The position numbers and the translations under genes were made by a program. Shown piece by piece: positions 1 through 12,448 of a DNA stretch of 64,000 nt. The notes beneath the pieces were generated by a model, which ran no database searches, was not told the origin of the DNA, and saw nothing but the letters and a program-made list of their open reading frames with translations. Origin of the DNA: Escherichia coli (GTDB lineage Bacteria; Pseudomonadota; Gammaproteobacteria; Enterobacterales; Enterobacteriaceae); NCBI RefSeq assembly GCF_002854065.1, contig NZ_CP024147.1; one strand, given 5' to 3'. Position 1 is the first letter of the stretch. The number at the start of each line of letters is the position of its first letter.

Positions 1-1722
1 GCCAGCACCCGTCTTGGATTTGGCGTGAAAAAAACCATGATGATGGCGCAGCGTTTGTATGAAGCAGGCTATATCACTTACATGCGTACCGACTCCACTA
101 ACCTGAGTCAGGACGCGGTAAATATGGTTCGCGGTTATATCAGCGATAATTTTGGTAAGAAATATCTGCCGGAAAGTCCGAATCAGTACGCCAGCAAAGA
201 AAACTCACAGGAAGCGCACGAAGCGATTCGTCCTTCTGACGTCAATGTGATGGCGGAATCGCTGAAGGATATGGAAGCAGATGCGCAGAAACTGTACCAG
301 TTAATCTGGCGTCAGTTCGTTGCCTGCCAGATGACCCCAGCGAAATATGACTCCACGACGCTGACCGTTGGTGCGGGCGATTTCCGCCTGAAAGCACGCG
401 GTCGTATTTTGCGCTTTGATGGCTGGACAAAAGTGATGCCTGCACTGCGTAAAGGCGATGAAGATCGTATCTTACCGGCAGTCGATAAAGGCGATGCTCT
501 GACGCTCGTTGAACTGACACCAGCCCAGCACTTTACCAAGCCGCCAGCCCGTTTCAGTGAAGCATCGCTGGTTAAAGAACTGGAAAAACGCGGTATCGGT
601 CGTCCGTCTACCTATGCGTCGATCATTTCGACCATTCAGGATCGTGGCTATGTGCGTGTAGAAAACCGTCGTTTCTATGCGGAAAAAATGGGCGAAATCG
701 TCACCGATCGCCTGGAAGAAAATTTCCGCGAGTTAATGAACTACGACTTCACCGCGCAGATGGAAAACAGCCTTGACCAGGTGGCAAATCACGAAGCAGA
801 GTGGAAAGCTGTACTGGATCACTTCTTCTCGGATTTCACCCAGCAGTTAGATAAAGCTGAAAAAGATCCGGAAGAGGGTGGTATGCGCCCGAACCAGATG
901 GTTCTGACCAGCATTGACTGCCCGACTTGTGGTCGCAAAATGGGGATTCGCACAGCGAGCACCGGGGTATTCCTTGGCTGTTCTGGTTATGCGCTGCCGC
1001 CGAAAGAGCGTTGCAAAACCACCATTAACCTGGTGCCGGAAAACGAAGTGCTGAACGTGCTGGAAGGCGAAGACGCTGAAACCAATGCGCTGCGCGCAAA
1101 ACGTCGTTGCCCGAAATGCGGCACGGCGATGGACAGCTATCTCATCGATCCGAAACGTAAGTTGCATGTCTGTGGTAATAACCCAACCTGCGACGGTTAC
1201 GAGATCGAAGAGGGCGAATTCCGCATTAAAGGTTATGACGGCCCGATCGTTGAGTGTGAAAAATGTGGCTCTGAAATGCACCTGAAAATGGGGCGTTTCG
1301 GTAAATACATGGCCTGCACCAACGAAGAGTGTAAAAACACGCGTAAGATTTTACGTAACGGCGAAGTGGCTCCACCGAAAGAAGATCCGGTTCCTCTGCC
1401 AGAACTACCTTGCGAAAAATCAGATGCTTATTTCGTGTTGCGTGACGGCGCTGCGGGTGTTTTCCTGGCTGCCAACACTTTCCCGAAATCGCGTGAAACG
1501 CGTGCGCCGCTGGTGGAAGAGCTGTATCGCTTCCGCGACCGTCTGCCGGAAAAACTGCGTTATCTGGCCGATGCGCCGCAGCAGGATCCGGAAGGTAATA
1601 AGACCATGGTTCGCTTTAGCCGTAAAACCAAACAGCAATATGTCTCTTCGGAAAAAGACGGAAAGGCGACTGGCTGGTCAGCATTTTATGTTGATGGCAA
1701 ATGGGTTGAAGGGAAAAAATAA
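1..1722 (+). CDS. topA: DNA topoisomerase I, C-terminal part (5' end lies outside the window)
   Basis: Open frame runs from base 1; translation matches the TopA Zn-ribbon C-terminal region (multiple CxxC motifs); followed by a terminator hairpin. Confidence 0.9.
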   Translation, partial: ASTRLGFGVKKTMMMAQRLYEAGYITYMRTDSTNLSQDAVNMVRGYISDNFGKKYLPESPNQYASKENSQEAHEAIRPSDVNVMAESLKDMEADAQKLYQLIWRQFVACQMTPAKYDSTTLTVGAGDFRLKARGRILRFDGWTKVMPALRKGDEDRILPAVDKGDALTLVELTPAQHFTKPPARFSEASLVKELEKRGIGRPSTYASIISTIQDRGYVRVENRRFYAEKMGEIVTDRLEENFRELMNYDFTAQMENSLDQVANHEAEWKAVLDHFFSDFTQQLDKAEKDPEEGGMRPNQMVLTSIDCPTCGRKMGIRTASTGVFLGCSGYALPPKERCKTTINLVPENEVLNVLEGEDAETNALRAKRRCPKCGTAMDSYLIDPKRKLHVCGNNPTCDGYEIEEGEFRIKGYDGPIVECEKCGSEMHLKMGRFGKYMACTNEECKNTRKILRNGEVAPPKEDPVPLPELPCEKSDAYFVLRDGAAGVFLAANTFPKSRETRAPLVEELYRFRDRLPEKLRYLADAPQQDPEGNKTMVRFSRKTKQQYVSSEKDGKATGWSAFYVDGKWVEGKK

Positions 1723-1753
1723 CCTTTAATTCTGTCAGGTTTTTATAAACAAA

Positions 1754-1779
1754 GGGTCGCGAAAGCGGCCCTTTTTTAT
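1754..1779 (+). terminator. Rho-independent terminator downstream of topA
   Basis: GGGTCGC-GAAA-GCGGCCC hairpin (one wobble pair) followed by a T6 run. Confidence 0.6.
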
Positions 1780-1907
1780 TGCATATTATTTTTTCTTCAC
1801 ACCTATACACTAAGGCTATAAATGATATAGTGGTTATAGTTAGCACCTTTTTTATTATTAAATCGTATTAGTCACCCGCCAGGTGTGACGAAAAAACGAT
1901 GTTCTGA

Positions 1908-2906
<999 letters not shown>

Positions 2907-3160
2907 TTTCTTGCGTTATTTTCGGCACCTTTTATGTAGCGAAGGTGCCGGAATATATTCTCTTTTGTTACTTATTTGTATACCGTGCACAATATTTTTA
3001 TCCCTCATATTTATAGGGTAAATTACCTGTAAAGTAGTGTCTAATTACCCGCCTCGCAAATTCCAGTTTTCAAATATCTATTTCAGGTCAAAAGATTGAA
3101 TTATTGGTGATGCTGCCAACTTACTGATTTAGTGTATGATGGTGTTTTTGAGGTGCTCCA

Positions 3161-3436
3161 GTGGCTTCTGTTTCTATCAGCTGTCCCTCCTGTTCAGCTA
3201 CTGACGGGGTGGTGCGTAACGGCAAAAGCACTGCCGGACATCAGCGCTATCTCTGCTCTCACTGCCGTAAAACATGGCAACTGCAGTTCACTTACACCGC
3301 TTCTCAACCCGGTACGCACCAGAAAATCATTGATATGGCCATGAATGGCGTTGGATGCCGGGCAACCGCCCGCATTATGGGCGTTGGCCTCAACACGATT
3401 TTCCGCCATTTAAAAAACTCAGGCCGCAGTCGGTAA
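3161..3436 (+). CDS. insA: IS1 InsA (DNA-binding protein, N-terminal part of the InsAB' transposase)
   Basis: 91-aa ORF with a Cys-rich zinc-finger N-terminus typical of IS1 InsA; A6C slippery site AAAAAAC at 3412-3418 for the -1 frameshift. Confidence 0.9.
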   Translation: MASVSISCPSCSATDGVVRNGKSTAGHQRYLCSHCRKTWQLQFTYTASQPGTHQKIIDMAMNGVGCRATARIMGVGLNTIFRHLKNSGRSR

Positions 3437-3858
3437 CCTCGCGCATACAGCCGGGCAGTGACGTCATCGTCTGCGCGGAAATGGACGAACAGTGGGGATA
3501 CGTCGGGGCTAAATCGCGCCAGCGCTGGCTGTTTTACGCGTATGACAGGCTCCGGAAGACGGTTGTTGCGCACGTATTCGGTGAACGCACTATGGCGACG
3601 CTGGGGCGTCTTATGAGCCTGCTGTCACCCTTTGACGTGGTGATATGGATGACGGATGGCTGGCCGCTGTATGAATCCCGCCTGAAGGGAAAGCTGCACG
3701 TAATCAGCAAGCGATATACGCAGCGAATTGAGCGGCATAACCTGAATCTGAGGCAGCACCTGGCACGGCTGGGACGGAAGTCGCTGTCGTTCTCAAAATC
3801 GGTGGAGCTGCATGACAAAGTCATCGGGCATTATCTGAACATAAAACACTATCAATAA
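3355..3858 (+). CDS. insB: IS1 InsB (transposase catalytic part, expressed as InsAB' by -1 frameshift)
   Basis: 167-aa ORF overlapping insA in the -1 frame; inside the IS1 inverted repeats. Confidence 0.9.
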   Translation: MPGNRPHYGRWPQHDFPPFKKLRPQSVTSRIQPGSDVIVCAEMDEQWGYVGAKSRQRWLFYAYDRLRKTVVAHVFGERTMATLGRLMSLLSPFDVVIWMTDGWPLYESRLKGKLHVISKRYTQRIERHNLNLRQHLARLGRKSLSFSKSVELHDKVIGHYLNIKHYQ

Positions 3859-4012
3859 GTTGGAGTCATTACCGAATTATTCACTGGAGACGATTCGTAA
3901 ATTCGCTGGATTTTTGACTAAAGTTTCTTTAGGATTTGTCTCATCGTATGATTAATTACACCAATCGTTCAACGTCTTGCTGATAAGTGATGGCGATTAT
4001 ATGAGGTTAGCA

Positions 4013-4141
4013 ATGCCTTCTGGAAATCAGGAACCCCGCCGCGATCCTGAATTAAAACGTAAAGCCTGGCTGGCGGTTTTTCTTGGTTCTGCACTTTTCT
4101 GGGTGGTTGTCGCACTGCTGATTTGGAAAGTGTGGGGATAA
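4013..4141 (+). CDS. ymiA: Small membrane protein (42 aa)
   Basis: ATG at 4013 to TAA at 4139-4141; single hydrophobic helix (AWLAVFLGSALFWVVVALLIW); located upstream of acnA as ymiA-yciX in K-12 (from memory). Below the ORF-track size cut-off. Confidence 0.55.
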   Translation: MPSGNQEPRRDPELKRKAWLAVFLGSALFWVVVALLIWKVWG

Positions 4142-4143
4142 CT

Positions 4144-4311
4144 ATGGTTGGTCAGGAGCAACTGGAGTCGTCACCATTATGCCAGGATAGTGACAATGAA
4201 CCAGAAACGAAACGGGAATGTTCCGTCGTTATTCCAGACGACTGGCAACTAACATCGCAGCAGCAAGCCTTTATAGAACTGTTTGCTGAAGATGATCAGC
4301 CGAAACAATAA
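4144..4311 (+). CDS. yciX: Small acidic protein
   Basis: ORF-track frame 4123..4311; internal Met at 4144 gives the likely product; immediately after ymiA. Start codon uncertain. Confidence 0.5.
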   Translation: MVGQEQLESSPLCQDSDNEPETKRECSVVIPDDWQLTSQQQAFIELFAEDDQPKQ

Positions 4312-4683
4312 TTATCATCATTCTTATTACCCATTTTTAATGAATTACAGGGCTTTTAATACACCGCAGCAATAACAGGTTGAGTTATCTCAACACAAAG
4401 TAATAACCGTTAAGGGTGTAGCCTATGATCAACACAAATATGAAATATTGGTCCTGGATGGGCGCGTTTTCTCTGTCGATGCTCTTCTGGGCCGAACTCA
4501 TCTGGATCATTACTCACTGATCCCTGACCCCGTTGCGGCGGGGTTTTCATTTGCTTTGCCACAAGCTTTCTCCTCTTTTATCAATTTGGGTTGTTATCAA
4601 ATCGTTACACGATGTTTGTGTTATCTTTAATATTCACCCTGAAGAGAATCAGGGCTTCGCAACCCTGTCATTAAGGAGGAGCT

Positions 4684-7359
4684 ATGTCGTCAACCCTACG
4701 AGAAGCCAGTAAGGACACGTTGCAGGCCAAAGATAAAACTTACCACTACTACAGCCTGCCGCTTGCTGCCAAATCACTGGGCGATATCACCCGTCTACCC
4801 AAGTCACTCAAAGTTTTGCTCGAAAACCTGCTGCGCTGGCAGGATGGTAACTCGGTTACCGAAGAGGATATCCACGCGCTGGCGGAATGGCTGAAAAATG
4901 CCCATGCTGACCGTGAAATTGCCTACCGCCCGGCAAGGGTGCTGATGCAGGACTTTACCGGCGTACCTGCCGTTGTTGATCTCGCTGCAATGCGCGAAGC
5001 GGTTAAACGCCTCGGCGGCGATACTGCAAAGGTTAACCCGCTCTCACCGGTCGACCTGGTCATTGACCACTCGGTGACCGTCGATCGTTTTGGTGATGAT
5101 GAGGCATTTGAAGAAAACGTACGCCTGGAAATGGAGCGCAACCACGAACGTTATGTGTTCCTGAAATGGGGAAAGCAAGCGTTCAGTCGGTTTAGCGTCG
5201 TGCCGCCAGGCACAGGCATTTGCCATCAGGTTAACCTCGAATATCTCGGCAAAGCAGTGTGGAGCGAATTGCAGGACGGTGAATGGATTGCTTATCCGGA
5301 TACACTCGTTGGTACTGACTCGCACACCACTATGATCAACGGCCTTGGCGTGCTGGGGTGGGGCGTGGGTGGCATCGAAGCAGAAGCCGCAATGTTAGGC
5401 CAGCCGGTTTCCATGCTTATCCCGGACGTAGTGGGCTTTAAACTTACCGGAAAATTACGTGAAGGTATTACCGCCACAGACCTGGTTCTCACTGTTACCC
5501 AAATGCTGCGCAAACATGGCGTGGTGGGGAAATTCGTTGAATTTTATGGTGATGGTCTGGATTCACTACCGTTGGCGGATCGCGCCACCATTGCCAATAT
5601 GTCGCCAGAATATGGTGCCACCTGTGGCTTCTTCCCAATCGATGCTGTAACCCTCGATTACATGCGTTTAAGCGGGCGCAGCGAAGATCAGGTCGAGTTG
5701 GTCGAAAAATATGCCAAAGCGCAGGGCATGTGGCGTAACCCGGGCGATGAACCGATTTTTACCAGTACGTTAGAACTGGATATGAATGACGTTGAAGCGA
5801 GCCTGGCAGGGCCTAAACGCCCACAGGATCGCGTTGCACTGCCCGATGTACCAAAAGCATTTGCCGCCAGTAACGAACTGGAAGTGAATGCCACGCATAA
5901 AGATCGCCAGCCGGTCGATTATGTTATGAACGGACATCAGTATCAGTTACCTGATGGCGCTGTGGTCATTGCTGCGATAACCTCGTGCACCAACACCTCT
6001 AACCCAAGTGTGCTGATGGCCGCAGGCTTGCTGGCGAAAAAAGCCGTAACTCTTGGCCTCAAGCGGCAACCGTGGGTCAAAGCGTCGCTGGCACCGGGTT
6101 CGAAAGTCGTTTCTGATTATCTGGCAAAAGCGAAACTGACACCGTATCTCGACGAACTGGGGTTTAACCTTGTGGGATACGGTTGTACCACCTGTATTGG
6201 TAACTCTGGGCCGCTGCCCGATCCTATCGAAACGGCAATCAAAAAAGGCGATTTAACCGTCGGTGCAGTGCTGTCCGGCAACCGTAACTTTGAAGGCCGT
6301 ATCCATCCGCTGGTTAAAACTAACTGGCTGGCCTCGCCGCCGCTGGTGGTTGCCTATGCGCTGGCGGGAAATATGAATATCAACCTGGCTTCTGAGCCTA
6401 TTGGTCATGATCGTAAAGGCGATCCGGTTTATCTGAAAGATATCTGGCCATCGGCACAAGAAATTGCCCGTGCGGTAGAACAAGTCTCCACAGAAATGTT
6501 CCGCAAAGAGTACGCAGAAGTCTTTGAAGGCACTGCAGAGTGGAAAGAAATTAACGTCGCACGATCCGATACCTACGGATGGCAGGAGGATTCAACCTAT
6601 ATTCGTTTATCGCCTTTCTTTGATGAAATGCAGGCAACACCAGCACCTGTGGAAGATATTCACGGTGCGCGGATCCTCGCAATGCTGGGGGATTCAGTCA
6701 CCACTGACCATATCTCTCCGGCGGGCGGTATTAAGCCCGACAGCCCAGCGGGTCGATACCTACAAGGTCGGGGTGTTGAGCGAAAAGACTTTAACTCCTA
6801 CGGTTCGCGGCGTGGTAACCATGAAGTGATGATGCGCGGCACCTTCGCCAATATTCGCATCCGTAATGAAATGGTGCCTGGCGTTGAAGGGGGGATGACG
6901 CGGCATTTACCTGACAGCGACGTAGTCTCTATTTATGATGCTGCGATGCGCTATAAGCAGGAACAAACGCCGCTGGCGGTGATTGCCGGGAAAGAGTATG
7001 GATCAGGCTCAAGCCGTGACTGGGCGGCAAAAGGTCCGCGTCTGCTTGGAATTCGTGTGGTGATTGCCGAATCGTTTGAACGAATTCACCGTTCGAATTT
7101 AATTGGCATGGGCATCCTGCCGCTGGAATTTCCGCAAGGCGTAACGCGTAAAACGTTAGGGCTAACCGGGGAGGAGAAGATTGATATTGGCGATCTGCAA
7201 AATCTACAACCCGGCGCGACGGTTCCGGTGACGCTTACGCGCGCGGATGGTAGCCAGGAAGTCGTACCCTGCCGTTGTCGTATCGACACCGCGACGGAGT
7301 TGACCTACTACCAGAACGACGGCATTTTGCATTATGTCATTCGTAATATGTTGAAGTAA
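4684..7359 (+). CDS. acnA: Aconitate hydratase A
   Basis: 891-aa ORF; SD AGGAGG upstream; aconitase-family sequence with Fe-S cysteine motifs ([17 protein letters not shown]). Confidence 0.95.
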   Translation: MSSTLREASKDTLQAKDKTYHYYSLPLAAKSLGDITRLPKSLKVLLENLLRWQDGNSVTEEDIHALAEWLKNAHADREIAYRPARVLMQDFTGVPAVVDLAAMREAVKRLGGDTAKVNPLSPVDLVIDHSVTVDRFGDDEAFEENVRLEMERNHERYVFLKWGKQAFSRFSVVPPGTGICHQVNLEYLGKAVWSELQDGEWIAYPDTLVGTDSHTTMINGLGVLGWGVGGIEAEAAMLGQPVSMLIPDVVGFKLTGKLREGITATDLVLTVTQMLRKHGVVGKFVEFYGDGLDSLPLADRATIANMSPEYGATCGFFPIDAVTLDYMRLSGRSEDQVELVEKYAKAQGMWRNPGDEPIFTSTLELDMNDVEASLAGPKRPQDRVALPDVPKAFAASNELEVNATHKDRQPVDYVMNGHQYQLPDGAVVIAAITSCTNTSNPSVLMAAGLLAKKAVTLGLKRQPWVKASLAPGSKVVSDYLAKAKLTPYLDELGFNLVGYGCTTCIGNSGPLPDPIETAIKKGDLTVGAVLSGNRNFEGRIHPLVKTNWLASPPLVVAYALAGNMNINLASEPIGHDRKGDPVYLKDIWPSAQEIARAVEQVSTEMFRKEYAEVFEGTAEWKEINVARSDTYGWQEDSTYIRLSPFFDEMQATPAPVEDIHGARILAMLGDSVTTDHISPAGGIKPDSPAGRYLQGRGVERKDFNSYGSRRGNHEVMMRGTFANIRIRNEMVPGVEGGMTRHLPDSDVVSIYDAAMRYKQEQTPLAVIAGKEYGSGSSRDWAAKGPRLLGIRVVIAESFERIHRSNLIGMGILPLEFPQGVTRKTLGLTGEEKIDIGDLQNLQPGATVPVTLTRADGSQEVVPCRCRIDTATELTYYQNDGILHYVIRNMLK

Positions 7360-7364
7360 CAAGT

Positions 7365-7401
7365 ATTTGCTTGCCGGTTATTTTGCTTCCGGCAAGCAAA
7401 T
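7365..7401. terminator. Bidirectional hairpin between convergent acnA and ribA
   Basis: Perfect inverted repeat ATTTGCTTGCCGG ... CCGGCAAGCAAAT flanked by T/A runs on both sides. Confidence 0.6.
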
Positions 7402-7422
7402 TAATTACACAATGCAAGAGGG

Positions 7423-8013
7423 TTATTTGTTCAGCAAATGGCCCATTTTCTCGGCTTTGGTATCGAGATAATGTTCGTTTTTGGGGTTACGACCTACAAT
7501 CAATGGTACGCGTTCAACAATATTAATCCCCGCTTCGGTCAGAATTTCGACTTTTTTCGGGTTATTGGTTAACAAGCGGACTTCATTGACGCCAAGGAGT
7601 TTGAACATATCAGCGCAAAGAGTGAAGTCGCGCTCATCAGCGGCGAAGCCTAACTGGTGGTTAGCCTCTACGGTATCGTAACCTTGATCCTGCAGTGCGT
7701 AAGCGCGGATTTTATTCAGCAGACCAATGTTACGACCTTCCTGACGGTGATACAGCAAAATACCACGGCCTTCCTCGGCAATTTGCGTCAATGCCGCTTC
7801 GAGCTGGAAGCCACAATCGCAGCGCAAGCTGAACAGGGCGTCACCGGTCAGACATTCGGAATGGACGCGCGCAAGTACCGGGGTATGCCCGGAAATATCG
7901 CCATAGACTAGCGCGACATGATCGTGTCCGGTTGCCAGTTCTTCAAATCCCACCATCAGGAAATCGCCCCATGGGGTTGGCAGTTTGGCTTCTGCCACAC
8001 GTTTAAGCTGCAT
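7423..8013 (-). CDS. ribA: GTP cyclohydrolase II
   Basis: 196-aa product starting [18 protein letters not shown] (ORF-track frame extends to 8076; start trimmed to the conserved N-terminus); CxGxxxxC zinc motif. Confidence 0.9.
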   Translation of the reverse strand: MQLKRVAEAKLPTPWGDFLMVGFEELATGHDHVALVYGDISGHTPVLARVHSECLTGDALFSLRCDCGFQLEAALTQIAEEGRGILLYHRQEGRNIGLLNKIRAYALQDQGYDTVEANHQLGFAADERDFTLCADMFKLLGVNEVRLLTNNPKKVEILTEAGINIVERVPLIVGRNPKNEHYLDTKAEKMGHLLNK

Positions 8014-8182
8014 GAAATTCTCCAGATAATGCTGGTTCTGTATTGGCTTATTTTGCCATAACGAGAAGGGGTTCACCTAATCACGACGCGTCGATCGTTC
8101 ACGGAATGGCACAAATCTGTCAATTTTTCCTGGAACTGGCATTTTCAGTTATGATTGTGGGACTTATCAAAAAGGAGAGGCC

Positions 8183-8947
8183 ATGCGTTCGATTGCCCGA
8201 CGTACCGCAGTGGGAGCTGCACTATTGCTTGTTATGCCAGTAGCCGTATGGATTTCTGGCTGGCGTTGGCAACCTGGAGAACAAAGTTGGCTACTAAAAG
8301 CGGCTTTTTGGGTTACTGAAACTGTCACCCAGCCCTGGGGCGTCATTACACATTTGATTTTATTCGGCTGGTTTCTCTGGTGTCTGCGTTTTCGCATTAA
8401 GGCTGCCTTTGTATTATTTGCCATTCTGGCGGCCGCAATCCTTGTGGGACAAGGCGTTAAATCCTGGATCAAAGACAAAGTCCAGGAACCACGACCTTTT
8501 GTTATCTGGCTGGAAAAAACACATCATATTCCGGTTGATGAGTTCTACACTTTAAAGCGAGCAGAACGCGGAAATCTAGTGAAAGAACAGTTGGCTGAAG
8601 AGAAAAATATCCCACAATATTTGCGTTCACACTGGCAGAAAGAGACGGGGTTTGCCTTTCCTTCCGGTCACACGATGTTTGCTGCCAGTTGGGCACTGCT
8701 GGCCGTTGGTTTGCTGTGGCCGCGTCGGCGAACGTTAACCATTGCTATCTTGCTGGTCTGGGCAACTGGAGTCATGGGAAGCCGCCTGCTGCTCGGGATG
8801 CATTGGCCACGCGATCTGGTAGTAGCTACGTTGATTTCGTGGGCGCTGGTGGCGGTGGCAACGTGGCTTGCGCAACGAATTTGTGGGCCATTAACACCAC
8901 CTGCGGAAGAAAATCGCGAAATAGCGCAACGAGAACAAGAAAGTTAA
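8183..8947 (+). CDS. pgpB: Phosphatidylglycerophosphatase B (PAP2 family)
   Basis: 254-aa multi-pass membrane ORF with PAP2 motifs (PSGHT...). Confidence 0.9.
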   Translation: MRSIARRTAVGAALLLVMPVAVWISGWRWQPGEQSWLLKAAFWVTETVTQPWGVITHLILFGWFLWCLRFRIKAAFVLFAILAAAILVGQGVKSWIKDKVQEPRPFVIWLEKTHHIPVDEFYTLKRAERGNLVKEQLAEEKNIPQYLRSHWQKETGFAFPSGHTMFAASWALLAVGLLWPRRRTLTIAILLVWATGVMGSRLLLGMHWPRDLVVATLISWALVAVATWLAQRICGPLTPPAEENREIAQREQES

Positions 8948-9095
8948 CGCTGGTTGATTTTCCGAATTTAGCCCTTAAATCATCAACAATGCGCGTGGAT
9001 GCCATTTCGCAGACGGCGCGAAAATGGTACTTTAAAGGGCTATTGCGGTAAGTTGACCATAATTTATTCGCTCTAACCACATAACGGGAAGTAAT

Positions 9096-9404
9096 GTGAA
9101 ATATTTACTCATTTTCTTACTGGTGTTAGCGATCTTCGTGATTTCGGTCACGTTGGGTGCGCAGAACGATCAACAGGTGACGTTTAATTATCTGTTAGCG
9201 CAAGGGGAGTACCGTATTTCCACATTGCTGGCGGTATTGTTTGCTGCGGGTTTTGCTATCGGTTGGTTGATTTGTGGCCTGTTCTGGCTGCGAGTTCGTG
9301 TTTCCCTGGTGCGCGCTGAACGTAAAATAAAGCGACTGGAAAACCAGCTTTCACCCGCGACTGACGTGGCTGTAGTGCCGCACTCGTCAGCGGCGAAGGA
9401 ATAA
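9096..9404 (+). CDS. lapA: LPS assembly protein LapA (YciS)
   Basis: 102-aa two-helix membrane protein, GTG start, directly upstream of lapB. Confidence 0.85.
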   Translation: MKYLLIFLLVLAIFVISVTLGAQNDQQVTFNYLLAQGEYRISTLLAVLFAAGFAIGWLICGLFWLRVRVSLVRAERKIKRLENQLSPATDVAVVPHSSAAKE

Positions 9405-9410
9405 CTTTCT

Positions 9411-10580
9411 ATGCTGGAGTTGTTGTTTCTGCTTTTGCCTGTAGCCGCTGCCTATGGCTGGTATATGGGCCGCAGAAGTGCGCAACAAAACAAGCAAGAT
9501 GAAGCCAACCGCTTGTCGCGTGATTACGTAGCGGGGGTTAACTTCCTGCTTAGTAATCAACAGGATAAAGCGGTAGACCTGTTTCTCGATATGCTTAAAG
9601 AGGATACAGGCACCGTTGAAGCCCACCTTACGCTCGGAAACCTGTTCCGTTCGCGTGGCGAAGTTGATCGCGCTATTCGCATCCATCAGACCCTAATGGA
9701 AAGCGCCTCGCTGACCTATGAACAGCGTCTGTTGGCGATTCAACAACTGGGGCGTGATTACATGGCCGCCGGGTTATATGACCGCGCGGAAGACATGTTC
9801 AATCAGCTGACCGATGAAACTGACTTCCGCATTGGCGCGCTGCAACAGTTGCTACAAATCTACCAGGCTACCAGTGAGTGGCAGAAAGCAATTGATGTTG
9901 CCGAACGCCTGGTGAAGCTGGGTAACGATAAACAGCGCGTCGAAATTGCCCATTTCTACTGTGAGTTAGCCCTGCAGCATATGGCCAGCGACGATCTCGA
10001 TCGTGCCATGACCTTGCTAAAAAAAGGGGCGGCGGCAGATAAAAACAGCGCCCGCGTATCCATCATGATGGGACGCGTGTTTATGGCGAAAGGAGAATAC
10101 GCCAAAGCCGTCGAAAGTCTGCAACGTGTCATATCCCAGGACAGAGAACTGGTCAGCGAAACGCTGGAAATGTTGCAAACCTGCTATCAGCAGTTGGGTA
10201 AAACTGCCGAATGGGCAGAATTCCTGCAACGCGCGGTGGAAGAGAACACCGGTGCCGATGCTGAATTGATGCTTGCTGATATCATCGAAGCGCGCGACGG
10301 TAGTGAGGCCGCACAGGTCTATATTACGCGCCAGCTTCAGCGTCATCCGACCATGCGTGTGTTCCATAAGTTAATGGATTACCACTTAAATGAAGCGGAA
10401 GAAGGGCGTGCCAAAGAGAGCCTGATGGTGCTGCGTGACATGGTTGGCGAGAAGGTACGTAGTAAGCCTCGTTATCGCTGCCAGAAATGTGGTTTTACCG
10501 CATACACCCTCTACTGGCATTGTCCGTCTTGTCGTGCCTGGTCAACTATTAAACCGATACGCGGTCTTGATGGCCTGTAA
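9411..10580 (+). CDS. lapB: LPS assembly protein LapB (YciM), TPR plus rubredoxin-like domain
   Basis: 389-aa ORF; N-terminal membrane anchor, TPR repeats, C-terminal CxxC...CxxC motif. Confidence 0.9.
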   Translation: MLELLFLLLPVAAAYGWYMGRRSAQQNKQDEANRLSRDYVAGVNFLLSNQQDKAVDLFLDMLKEDTGTVEAHLTLGNLFRSRGEVDRAIRIHQTLMESASLTYEQRLLAIQQLGRDYMAAGLYDRAEDMFNQLTDETDFRIGALQQLLQIYQATSEWQKAIDVAERLVKLGNDKQRVEIAHFYCELALQHMASDDLDRAMTLLKKGAAADKNSARVSIMMGRVFMAKGEYAKAVESLQRVISQDRELVSETLEMLQTCYQQLGKTAEWAEFLQRAVEENTGADAELMLADIIEARDGSEAAQVYITRQLQRHPTMRVFHKLMDYHLNEAEEGRAKESLMVLRDMVGEKVRSKPRYRCQKCGFTAYTLYWHCPSCRAWSTIKPIRGLDGL

Positions 10581-10772
10581 TTTTTTAAAAAAACCGACTT
10601 TAGTTACAACATACTAGTTATTGATGTCCCATTGTGCTCCGGCAACGACAGCGCAGAAAAAGCCTGCCAGGGGAGAAATCGCAACTGTTAATTTTTTATT
10701 TCCACGGGTAGAATGCTCGCCGTTTACCTGTTTCGCGCCACTTCCGGTGCCCATCATCAAGAAGGTCTGGTC

Positions 10773-11510
10773 ATGACGTTAACTGCTTCATCTTCTTCCC
10801 GCGCTGTTACGAATTCTCCTGTGGTTGTTGCCCTTGATTATCATAATCGTGATGCCGCGCTGGCCTTTGTCGACAAGAGCGACCCACGCGATTGTCGTCT
10901 GAAGGTCGGCAAAGAGATGTTTACATTGTTTGGGCCACAGTTTGTGCGCGAACTTCAACAGCGTGGTTTTGATATCTTTCTTGACCTGAAATTCCACGAT
11001 ATCCCCAACACTGCAGCGCACGCTGTCGCTGCTGCAGCTGACTTAGGCGTGTGGATGGTGAATGTTCATGCCTCTGGTGGGGCGCGTATGATGACCGCAG
11101 CGCGTGAGGCACTGGTTCCGTATGGCAAAGATGCACCGCTTTTGATTGCTGTGACAGTGTTGACCAGCATGGAAGCCAGCGACCTGGCCGATCTTGGCGT
11201 GACACTGTCACCTGCAGATTATGCAGAACGTCTGGCGGCACTGACGCAAAAATGTGGCCTTGATGGTGTGGTGTGTTCTGCTCAGGAAGCTGTGCGCTTT
11301 AAACAGGTATTCGGTCAGGAGTTCAAACTGGTTACGCCGGGCATTCGTCCGCAGGGGAGTGAAGCTGGTGACCAGCGCCGCATTATGACGCCAGAACAGG
11401 CGTTGGCGGCTGGTGTTGATTATATGGTGATTGGTCGCCCGGTAACGCAATCGGTAGATCCAGCGCAGACGCTGAAAGCGATCAACGCCTCTTTACAGCG
11501 GAGTGCATGA
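10773..11510 (+). CDS. pyrF: Orotidine-5'-phosphate decarboxylase
   Basis: 245-aa product from ATG 10773 (ORF-track frame starts at 10713); OMP decarboxylase motifs ([10 protein letters not shown]). Confidence 0.9.
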   Translation: MTLTASSSSRAVTNSPVVVALDYHNRDAALAFVDKSDPRDCRLKVGKEMFTLFGPQFVRELQQRGFDIFLDLKFHDIPNTAAHAVAAAADLGVWMVNVHASGGARMMTAAREALVPYGKDAPLLIAVTVLTSMEASDLADLGVTLSPADYAERLAALTQKCGLDGVVCSAQEAVRFKQVFGQEFKLVTPGIRPQGSEAGDQRRIMTPEQALAAGVDYMVIGRPVTQSVDPAQTLKAINASLQRSA

Positions 11511-11836
11511 TGAGTGATTCCAACAGCCGTCTGGTCTACTCAACAGAAACCGGACGTATTGATGAGCCAAAAGCGGCCCCAGTACGCCCTAAAGGCGACG
11601 GTGTGGTGCGTATTCAGCGTCAGACCAGTGGACGTAAAGGTAAGGGCGTTTGCCTGATTACCGGTATCGATATCGATGATGCCGAACTGACAAAACTTGC
11701 AGCGGAACTGAAGAAAAAATGCGGCTGCGGCGGAGCAGTTAAAGATGGAGTTATTGAAATCCAGGGCGATAAGCGTGATTTATTAAAATCACTACTTGAA
11801 GCGAAAGGGATGAAGGTAAAACTCGCAGGCGGTTAA
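11510..11836 (+). CDS. yciH: SUI1/eIF1-family translation initiation factor-like protein
   Basis: 108-aa ORF overlapping the pyrF stop (ATGATGA), as expected for the pyrF-yciH operon. Confidence 0.85.
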   Translation: MSDSNSRLVYSTETGRIDEPKAAPVRPKGDGVVRIQRQTSGRKGKGVCLITGIDIDDAELTKLAAELKKKCGCGGAVKDGVIEIQGDKRDLLKSLLEAKGMKVKLAGG

Positions 11837-11843
11837 CATAAAA

Positions 11844-11864
11844 AGCCACGGATATATCCGTGGC
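11844..11864. terminator. Hairpin downstream of yciH
   Basis: Perfect stem AGCCACGGA-TATA-TCCGTGGCT followed by a T-rich stretch. Confidence 0.55.
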
Positions 11865-11961
11865 TTTCGAATATTTTACTGTGTGTATTATTCAGTTATT
11901 TCGTACTGAACAGAATCAAGCGTATTATAATTGCGAGTCGATAATCGACATTTATTTACGA

Positions 11962-12180
11962 TTATTTACCGACCTGGTGACCAATAACACCACCGACAGC
12001 TGCGCCACCTAATGTACCCAACGTACTGCCATCGGTCAGTACTGCACCGCCTAATGCCCCTGCACCCGCGCCAATAGCGGTGTTACGGTCCCGTTTAGAC
12101 CAGTTAGAACAGGCACTCAGAGACATTGCCAGGGTAATTGCCAGAACAGCCGCGGTCATTTTTTTGCTCGTTACAAACAT
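11962..12180 (-). CDS. osmB: Osmotically inducible lipoprotein B
   Basis: 72-aa ORF with lipoprotein signal peptide (LSAC) and Gly-rich repeats. Confidence 0.9.
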   Translation of the reverse strand: MFVTSKKMTAAVLAITLAMSLSACSNWSKRDRNTAIGAGAGALGGAVLTDGSTLGTLGGAAVGGVIGHQVGK

Positions 12181-12448
12181 AATACTCTCTCCTGAATTTA
12201 TGATTCACGGAAGTAAGCTCTCTATAACTATAATAGCTAAGAATAAGCATGGTGAAATTATTCCGTGAAATCCGCTCGCGCGCAGGGTTATATCACGCAG
12301 GTGATAATGACTTCCTGTTATATCGCTGATAATAATTTTATATCTTAAGAGTGTTAATAACAGGTAAATAGTCTTAATTATCAACCAGGAATCATCTTAG
12401 AGCGGATGATTTGCCAAACTGCAAATCATCCGTAGAGAAGGGAAATGG

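Larger units (their letters stand above)
3106..3873 (+). mobile_element. IS1 insertion sequence (768 bp), copy 1
   Basis: Terminal inverted repeats GGTGATGCTGCCAACTTACTGAT (3106..) and ATCAATAAGTTGGAGTCATTACC (..3873); insA/insB ORFs; 8-bp direct repeat GAATTATT at 3098-3105 and 3874-3881. Confidence 0.95.

Noticed and set aside
847..1281. 144-aa minus-strand ORF inside topA, and similar antisense ORFs inside acnA, pdeR, rnb, fabI, the RND gene, puuC and others
   Set aside because: All lie wholly within and opposite strongly supported conserved genes; these are typical antisense frame artefacts.
12217..12231. Shared 14-mer CTCTATAACTATAA upstream of osmB (12217) and upstream of sapA (about 34683)
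   Set aside because: Exact 14-mer matches are expected by chance several times in a 64-kb window on two strands; there is no supporting palindromic structure.
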